A stretch of DNA of 64,000 nucleotides, taken from the NCBI GenBank assembly GCA_026936335.1, contig JAPMXV010000001.1, positions 248,001 to 312,000 on the forward strand. The letters are read 5' to 3'. How positions within the stretch are numbered: position 1 is the stretch's first letter; every line of letters starts with the position of its first letter. The notes beneath the pieces are model-generated. The model was not told where the DNA came from. It saw only the letters and a program-made list of their open reading frames with translations, and did not search any database. Shown piece by piece: positions 58,601 to 64,000 of the stretch. This DNA is from Mantamonas sphyraenae STR306 (taxonomy: Eukaryota > Protista > CRuMs). The position numbers and the translations under genes were made by a program.

Positions 58601-60720
58601 ACAACACGGAGGCATCGGGCGAGCTGCGCCCACAGCCGGCCCTGTCTACAGATATGGTCGATACACTGGTCAAGTTTGCTGCAGCAGAGGTCAAGGCAAA
58701 GGTTACAGCGTCTTCTGTGCCCATCCGCTTTGGCAAGTGTGTGGCGGAGGCGCTGAAGCTGCTGGGCGGCGACGCGCGAAACCCCACAGCAATGGCTGCG
58801 GCGCGAGATCTCGCTGTGTGTGCAATCGCCAGGTTGGAATACTGGACGGTGAACGGGGTGCTGAAGACGCTGTCAAACCACGATGTGAGCACGACGAATT
58901 GGAAGCTGGTGGACTGGAAGAGGAAAAAGACACACACGACCCGCGAATGGAAGGAGCACGTGGAGCGGATGTACACCAAGCGACACGGCGAGCACGGTGT
59001 CACAATGCTGGAGCGCTTGGGTGAAATTCTGGAGAAAGACGGGGTGACCAACTTTTTCGACACGGACACGACCACGGAGGAGCAAGAGGACGATGGGGAG
59101 GAGCAGGCGGAGGACACTGTGGACCACACGGTCGTTCAATACCTGCAAAACTCTGGTGTACAGTTCAACAGCGACGACAAGGACCTCAATCTCACCCCAT
59201 CCCATTTCAATCCGGGAGGCGGTTTGAGCCAGTTGCTGCCAACAGGCTCATTGAAGTCAGAAGCAGATGCACTGGCGCATTGGGACGAGGTCAAGACGTC
59301 TCCCTTCCTGTATATGGAGGAGTACATGTCCGTAGCCGAGTACGACGCGAGCTGGCACCGAAGGGTTCATGGGCTTCCAGTCGACAAGCACTCGGGCTTG
59401 ACGCCGCCAGCACTCGCAGCCTTGCCGATGCTGCTCTTCATGGCTCCCCTGGTGAGACGAATGAGCCGACAGGTGCTGGATGCGTGGTGCGGTGGATGGA
59501 GTGTGTCACCAGAAGGGAGGCTTCGCGTGGTTTTGTTCAAAGCCGCGAACGCACCAGCAAAGACCAACGACCTGCAGGAGATCCTCCAGCCCACTGATGG
59601 GTTCAGGGGGGCGATCAACAAGGCGCGTGAGAACCTGAGCAAAGCACACGACGTGCACACGGGGAGGCAACTTGCCAAAGACTTTGTGCGCGTGTTGGTG
59701 ACGGCCAAGCGGGCTGGACTGGGCAAACAGGTCGTGCAGGCGTTTGGATTCGACCTGGGGTTTGACTGGCTTGCCCGTGTGCCTGGTCGAGGCCGTACGG
59801 GAAGGAAACACCAACGGGACTTTTCGGGTATCCAGGGCAACCCGTCGCTTGTCAAGGACACGGTGTTCCTCGTGGACGATATTGGGAGACGCAAAGACAC
59901 ATACTGTGTGTATGTGTGGGATGGGAACGAGCTGCTGCAACACAAGATTGGCAACCCGTCGCACTCAGACCTGCGCGCAAAGGCCCACCTGCATCGGCTC
60001 GCACGGTTGGACAAGCACAAAGACAAGCACAAGTGGAGGGCCGAGCATGAACACAGCAGAAAGGTACTACGACAAGAGGCCCAGCGTCTGGTGAGCATCA
60101 CGCGGCAGGTCGCAAAGGCCTTCGGAAAAGCGCACTGTGTGCTGCTCGCACAGAGCAAATTCTATGGCGGGCTATCACTGTCAAACAGGGTCAACACACT
60201 GATTGCAGAGGAGATGCCTTGGGTGGATGTAGCTGAGTGGCACACGTCCAGCGTGTGCTTGTGCGGGCGAGCACTCTCACGCACGGTGGAGCACACTGTG
60301 TCGAAGTGGGATCGCCAGTTGGCCTGTCTGCACTGTGGAGGGTCCCAAAACCACCACAACGCCCGCACGGCTCTGTTTGCGTACATTCAGGACAAGATTG
60401 GGCTGCCGGTTATCTCGGATCGCGATGTGCGCGGCTGCCAGGGAATCGTGTGGCGGATGATGTGCTTGTGGGCAACGGGGAAGGAGCCAGAGGCATTCAG
60501 CCCCAGGTGCAAGAAAGCACAGAAGAGGAAATGCGCAGAGGAAGAGCTGAAAGCGTGCCTGCAGCGCGTGTTTGGAGATGCAGAGCCGAAAACGGAGGAG
60601 ATCGAGGTTACGTTGCAAGAGCAAGACAAGCAGTCGGAAGAGATGGCGCAACCTACGAGGAGAAGTGCAAGGATTGCTGGGAAGCGACGAGCGGATGTAC
60701 AGGGAGGGGGGAAGGAGTGA
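55660..60720 (+). CDS. Giant Fanzor-like (TnpB-derived) RuvC RNA-guided nuclease, about 1686 aa, intronless, with a long N-terminal extension containing a possible degenerate PIN/XPG-like domain
   Basis: RuvC-I AFGFDLG (Asp codon 59752); rearranged RuvC-II VDVAEWHTSSVC (Glu codon 60235); zinc finger CLC...CLHC; RuvC-III SDRDVRGCQGI (Asp codon 60424); tail GKEPEAFSPR resembles Fanzor1 G-x-RP-x-x-F tails. Confidence 0.8.
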   Translation: MEGIAEDEVLELAKSIPSLVNAKFDGEHCMVATLLKPPAPLTMTPSEDLLRRLCLDVTHAENELSDTESDVAEEELPKDVMSRVELLDEEERGQLLEFSGKRKGRRGKDRSKLVHDHLDELDLDEWQVYWNGLHETVRGDMERGAQDDSAGELKVTTEGMRGMKTKLLSTTLHALKLARTVYHRVLETVENEQAQRDAMASASSSSSSRGNRAKEKAKKKVKKKAKGKDKKEEGVQSESRSDKEKVVDDLFELIAGGKATYEGVESVLANISDSGVRKKLEPCKELFGLQHTQHTGWDVNNRQASTLVIDLHLVSSTTIRSPNASTTLNCSHKVMRQLLCLVRSANYEQICFVSTRPSLQDALSGLCPPGDQIAATRALSRLCAFHALGTSANSRQKRAAALAGSADVSMAQAVWLLRNELCESGSSVREVNISEAIQEEHLDVVSNNLKLPNVMYVLGYSGQLAWLSPDEVPEFPLYVKDDGMQEEEDTADSGTRDEDTADDDGMQEDEDTADDGTREEDSGGDASDGENAREAGGKHRVQQLQTHATAAKNNLQQAVRHIHAFNQVVAGKQMDWAKLEEIENELEQQLQGAIQEAQDAEASTTTIGGLHEYTLDHRVLKRNAVGAILCGLHAGMVGAAFTKRERTQIIQTATSESPTDCFRLPFVRKKLRTLVKNAAVLGAASARTSTDALHSYTPERVVQEALGTDTMDWALLNRLCSYAQACDGNIDLLREPELVDVSVELPQTLAYHKRHAVELKDGKRGVVVNMHSVLPRNDDFVDADLREGFRALTSTQAQGGPQLSKEEAKVIEEMLKWLKSRQGGTADGGGDGKGVLDTDIDASDEEQSQSSSVANAMEQDTTLDTTQLGLLKSLLQMMRWKEIAEVTKSLAAVSSQWAPDHDCEAATQLCAISRLANDVKKEEISRVNSLLRGATPNAEAAAGTSTSRAAKQKAKAALSSCDQELVPNGATLSKAFAIVRDNTEASGELRPQPALSTDMVDTLVKFAAAEVKAKVTASSVPIRFGKCVAEALKLLGGDARNPTAMAAARDLAVCAIARLEYWTVNGVLKTLSNHDVSTTNWKLVDWKRKKTHTTREWKEHVERMYTKRHGEHGVTMLERLGEILEKDGVTNFFDTDTTTEEQEDDGEEQAEDTVDHTVVQYLQNSGVQFNSDDKDLNLTPSHFNPGGGLSQLLPTGSLKSEADALAHWDEVKTSPFLYMEEYMSVAEYDASWHRRVHGLPVDKHSGLTPPALAALPMLLFMAPLVRRMSRQVLDAWCGGWSVSPEGRLRVVLFKAANAPAKTNDLQEILQPTDGFRGAINKARENLSKAHDVHTGRQLAKDFVRVLVTAKRAGLGKQVVQAFGFDLGFDWLARVPGRGRTGRKHQRDFSGIQGNPSLVKDTVFLVDDIGRRKDTYCVYVWDGNELLQHKIGNPSHSDLRAKAHLHRLARLDKHKDKHKWRAEHEHSRKVLRQEAQRLVSITRQVAKAFGKAHCVLLAQSKFYGGLSLSNRVNTLIAEEMPWVDVAEWHTSSVCLCGRALSRTVEHTVSKWDRQLACLHCGGSQNHHNARTALFAYIQDKIGLPVISDRDVRGCQGIVWRMMCLWATGKEPEAFSPRCKKAQKRKCAEEELKACLQRVFGDAEPKTEEIEVTLQEQDKQSEEMAQPTRRSARIAGKRRADVQGGGKE
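57100..57222 (+). repeat. 66-bp-period tandem repeat encoding an acidic linker inside the Fanzor-like ORF
   Basis: DDGMQEEEDTADSGTRDEDTAD / DDGMQEDEDTADDGTREED; GAGGACACAGCCGAC occurs three times. Confidence 0.85.
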
Positions 60721-60732
60721 GAATTTTGATTT

Positions 60733-60945
60733 CGCAGCCGGCGTGAGCAGACTTGCAGAGCACAAAACACATACACAAGAGGGGTCCTGCGGGGTAGTAT
60801 CACCAACCCCGCAGGTATTGTCGCCGTGTTTCACCGCCAGGCGCACCTTTAAGTTGTAGGTGTCGTGCTCTGCCCGTGTGCACAGCCGGCTGACGCCAAC
60901 AATGAATTGGAATTTGTTGCTGCGTGCGCTCTGAATGCACAGTGC
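60733..60945 (+). ncRNA. Putative omegaRNA (scaffold about 60733-60925 plus a 3' guide); boundaries predicted
   Basis: Nested stems 60735-42/60885-92, 60755-63/60865-73, 60786-95/60806-15, 60822-25/60840-43, 60844-48/60858-62, 60897-902/60914-19, immediately 3' of a Fanzor-like ORF. Confidence 0.6.
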
Positions 60946-60994
60946 ATCCTGGCAAGCGACAGACAACTCCCACCACCTTCACAGCACAGCGCTT

Positions 60995-63052
60995 TTATGC
61001 ATTCGAGCGTATGCTGCTCTCGAGGAAGCTCTGGAAGAGCTGTGCCTGGCGGCGGAAGCGCATGTAGCTGTAGGCAACAATGGTGAGCAGGAGGAACATC
61101 AGGTAGGGATGTGTGGTGAGGCGGATGAGCTCCATGACCACAGACCACACACGTTCAGAGAGCCAGGCGCCCACACGGCTGCCCTGCATGACACCACAGG
61201 GGACGTCGAGGACAAAAAGGAAAAACCCGACAAAGAGGTAGCTGAGCACGGCCACAATGGCGGTGTACGCAAGATAGGTGTCACGTACACGCGACTCGGA
61301 CCAGGCACGCGAGCGGATGGTGTGCTGTGAGCGCATGTCGAGCTTGAAATTGACAAGGTTGCTGATCAGGCCTGCAAGCACGGCAGGCGGGAAATATGGC
61401 ACGGCAATGAGCACCACAAAGGTGTGCATGACATTGCGCACCATGGCCGAAAGCAAGGTGCGATCGATTTCCTCGTGGACAGGTGACCATGCGCTGATTT
61501 TGGCCACAACGACCGCAAGGAGTTTGCGCACGGTCAGGCCGCCGACAAAGTCGAGCACAAGCAGAGAGACCCACACGGTACCGACCTTGGCCATTGCACA
61601 GTCTCCAAAGGCACGCAGTTGGAAACCGGGCACAATGGTCGTTCCAGTGAGCAGCTGGGCGCAGCCGACGAGCAGCAGAAACACGTTCATAAACTTGACC
61701 AGAAACAGACGGAAGAAGGTGGCGCTGTTGCGCAGGCTCTTGCCCCACCGTTCATAGCTGGTGACAAAGAAGATGCAGTGTGGCAGGATGCTGTTGACCA
61801 CAGCCACAGTCAAGGGCACCATCTGGGAGATCACAAGATCCAGCGTGGCGTCCACGGTGACCTGAGCCGCCGCCTCAGCCTGGATCACTCCCTGGTAGAT
61901 GTTGACCAGAATGATGACGCCAAGACCAAGCATGATGAAGAGCCCGAGGAAGAGGAAGCCCGCAAACTTTCGTCCCAGAAACTCGTCGTCTGCATGGGTG
62001 TCGTCCTCTGCACGCGGAGTGCTTGTGCCAGAGCGGGAGCGTGGACGCAAAAAGCGTGGCGTGTGTGGCTGAGAGCCTGGCCGCGACGCATTGGTCTTGT
62101 GCAGGATGTACTTGTCCCTCAGGAAGTTGATGAACGACTGCTCATGCCACACGAGTGTGTGGCGGACCACAAAGACAGGCAGAAGGATGGCACATCCAAC
62201 AAGAAAGCCCAAGTAGGATGCAATGTACCAAATGTCCGCAGGGCGGCCTGCAGCGGTGGGGTCGGACTGACTGGACAAGAGAAGCCGATCGTAAAACCAC
62301 GTGGACGCGTCTGTGCGTGTGGCAGAGCCCGTGGCGAGGTCAATGACCATGTCGGAGATAAAGGCAATAATGTAGATGCAGGAGAGGATGAGGGTGAGGA
62401 GGTAGTTGAGGCGCCAGACCTGGAAAAACGCAGTTCGCGCGGGCGTTTCTGGATGCGTTTCGCGAGCGAGGGTGTCGACGTCGTGGCCCAGGGTGATGCG
62501 ACTCAACACGCCACGCCACCGCGGCATGTGTTCCGGGTCGCTTGTGCTACGAAGTTCCTCCAGCTGGGTTTGCAGGTTGCTCACGTCGAGAACAATGGAA
62601 GGACGTGCGCTTGCGGCAAAGGAGGCCGCGTTGGGCAGTGCGTACTTGTGCTGCGGCGCCACAGTGACGGAAAAGGTGCCTGAAGTGGTCGACGTACGCC
62701 GTGGACGACTGGGAAGCACCAGGATGGGCCGTGGTGGCCCATTGTGAGTCCCCGGACTTCGATCCTGGTCGTCCGCGTTCTGCTCGCTTTGCTGCGGTTC
62801 TTCGCCGTCCCACGTCTGTGTTTCGCTGTCGCTTCCCTCGCTGCCACTACTGTCGCTTTCACCTGTGCCTTCGCTGGTTTCGCTGAAGCGTCTGACCGAC
62901 CGTGAGCGTGTTGCCAGTTCCTCGTCGGGCAGGTGCGTCGTCACACGCCCCACAAACCGCACAGGCGTCCGTGGACCAAACCTGCTGCTGGCTGACCCTG
63001 GCGAATCGGCGGTCCAGTTGCCACGTGTGCGTGGACCAAACCGTTGAGCCAT
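60995..63052 (-). CDS. TMC (transmembrane channel-like) family protein
   Basis: About 9-10 TM segments; FFQVWRLN, VTSYERW, LVLDFV, PYFPP...NFKLD and PCG motif pattern typical of TMC proteins. Confidence 0.7.
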   Translation of the reverse strand: MAQRFGPRTRGNWTADSPGSASSRFGPRTPVRFVGRVTTHLPDEELATRSRSVRRFSETSEGTGESDSSGSEGSDSETQTWDGEEPQQSEQNADDQDRSPGTHNGPPRPILVLPSRPRRTSTTSGTFSVTVAPQHKYALPNAASFAASARPSIVLDVSNLQTQLEELRSTSDPEHMPRWRGVLSRITLGHDVDTLARETHPETPARTAFFQVWRLNYLLTLILSCIYIIAFISDMVIDLATGSATRTDASTWFYDRLLLSSQSDPTAAGRPADIWYIASYLGFLVGCAILLPVFVVRHTLVWHEQSFINFLRDKYILHKTNASRPGSQPHTPRFLRPRSRSGTSTPRAEDDTHADDEFLGRKFAGFLFLGLFIMLGLGVIILVNIYQGVIQAEAAAQVTVDATLDLVISQMVPLTVAVVNSILPHCIFFVTSYERWGKSLRNSATFFRLFLVKFMNVFLLLVGCAQLLTGTTIVPGFQLRAFGDCAMAKVGTVWVSLLVLDFVGGLTVRKLLAVVVAKISAWSPVHEEIDRTLLSAMVRNVMHTFVVLIAVPYFPPAVLAGLISNLVNFKLDMRSQHTIRSRAWSESRVRDTYLAYTAIVAVLSYLFVGFFLFVLDVPCGVMQGSRVGAWLSERVWSVVMELIRLTTHPYLMFLLLTIVAYSYMRFRRQAQLFQSFLESSIRSNA

Positions 63053-63091
63053 TCTCTTTGCACGCGGCAGCGCGCGGGCTGCGGCAACGCC

Positions 63092-64000
63092 ATGGCCGCT
63101 CGACGCACGACCTTGCTGCAGGTCGTCGTTGCCATTGTCCTTCTTTCCATCGTTTTCAACCTCGTCTCTGTCTTTTACACCGACAACACGGTGTCGAGAC
63201 GGCGGCACGGGAAAGGACAGCGTGTCGGGGAGGCGGAAGATGGCGACAGGCGCAGCCGCGGCCCGTCGAACCCGGCCAACCTGCCGCTGGAACCGAAGCT
63301 TCCAACAAAGCACCGCATTCACGTGTGTAACAACTCGGTGCCTTTAATTGCGTCGTGGGTGCATGCGTACACGGAGGAGGGCTGGACGCCGCCGGTGGCC
63401 CTCTCCGGTGTGACTGGCTGGACGCCACTGAGCAAAGACGTCCCTGCAGGTCGCATGTGCTACGTGGGCATCGAATCCACCTCGCGTACCTTTGTACGCG
63501 ACCAAACACACAACAGAACACAGGTGATTGAACACCCTGCTGTGTTTGTCTCGGACCTAGACGCGCTTGCGGGCCAGGTGCTTGTCGAAAGGTATGCCGA
63601 TCCACGGGCCCTACACATGTGTTGCATGCGAATAGAGAGGCAATGTGGTGCACGACTGACACATGCAATTGCGGTCGCAGTGAGGTGATGCAGGAAGCCG
63701 CCATACGCACGGGCGACGACCTGACGTCGTACGTGGACGTGGTCCTTGAATGCAACCCAGGCTGCAGGCACGTGCGCATTCGAGTCGTTACACGTCGCTC
63801 CATGAAGCCTTTCCCGCCTCCAGCGCCTGCCAATGTGTCGCAGGCCCAAGAGCGACTGCTGGAGCTCCGCAACTTTCGCACGGCCCCTCCCATCCCGTTT
63901 GGACGCCAGGACATGGGATTTGCCGTCATCCACACCGACGTTCTCTTTATTTTTGCCGGATTCTGCGGTGGGGGCTTCGGTCCAGGCGACTACGGCTGCG
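63092..64000 (+). CDS. Type II membrane protein (possibly a Golgi glycosyltransferase), spliced, truncated by the window end
   Basis: MAARRTTLLQVVVAIVLLSIVF signal anchor, a stem region, then a globular region. Confidence 0.45.

Noticed and set aside
55660-60720. Bacterial Cas12 or contaminant
   Set aside because: No CRISPR array or cas genes; the ORF sits among intron-containing eukaryotic genes and has NLS-like tracts and the Fanzor-type rearranged Glu
55426-60994. Cognate transposase (serine recombinase, Y1, DDE) or clear TIR and TSD for the Fanzor-like element
   Set aside because: No such motifs or convincing terminal repeats with a target duplication were found by eye

Overview
This is a very compact, GC-rich eukaryotic (protist-like) nuclear segment with about 27 protein-coding genes, short GT-AG introns and intergenic gaps often of only 40-110 bp. 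Housekeeping genes include ASNSD1-like, rhomboid, TOP3B, Pumilio, DUF389, two PPR proteins, two secreted JmjC proteins, USP16/45-like, PEX19, LMBR1-like, TruA/PUSL1, tandem NAPE-PLD-like copies, RasGAP-PH-C1, an EF-hand protein, CCP5-like and TMC-like. The standout is an intronless ~1,690-aa ORF (55660-60720). Its C-terminus has the hallmarks of a Fanzor/TnpB RNA-guided nuclease: RuvC-I FDLG, rearranged RuvC-II E-W-H-T-S, a Cys4 zinc finger and RuvC-III DRD. Its N-terminal part appears to contain a degenerate FEN1/XPG PIN-like fold. It is followed immediately by a ~190-nt nested stem-loop region that looks like an omegaRNA scaffold, so this is a candidate giant, domain-fused Fanzor system. All family calls come from motif recognition by eye; no database searches were run.
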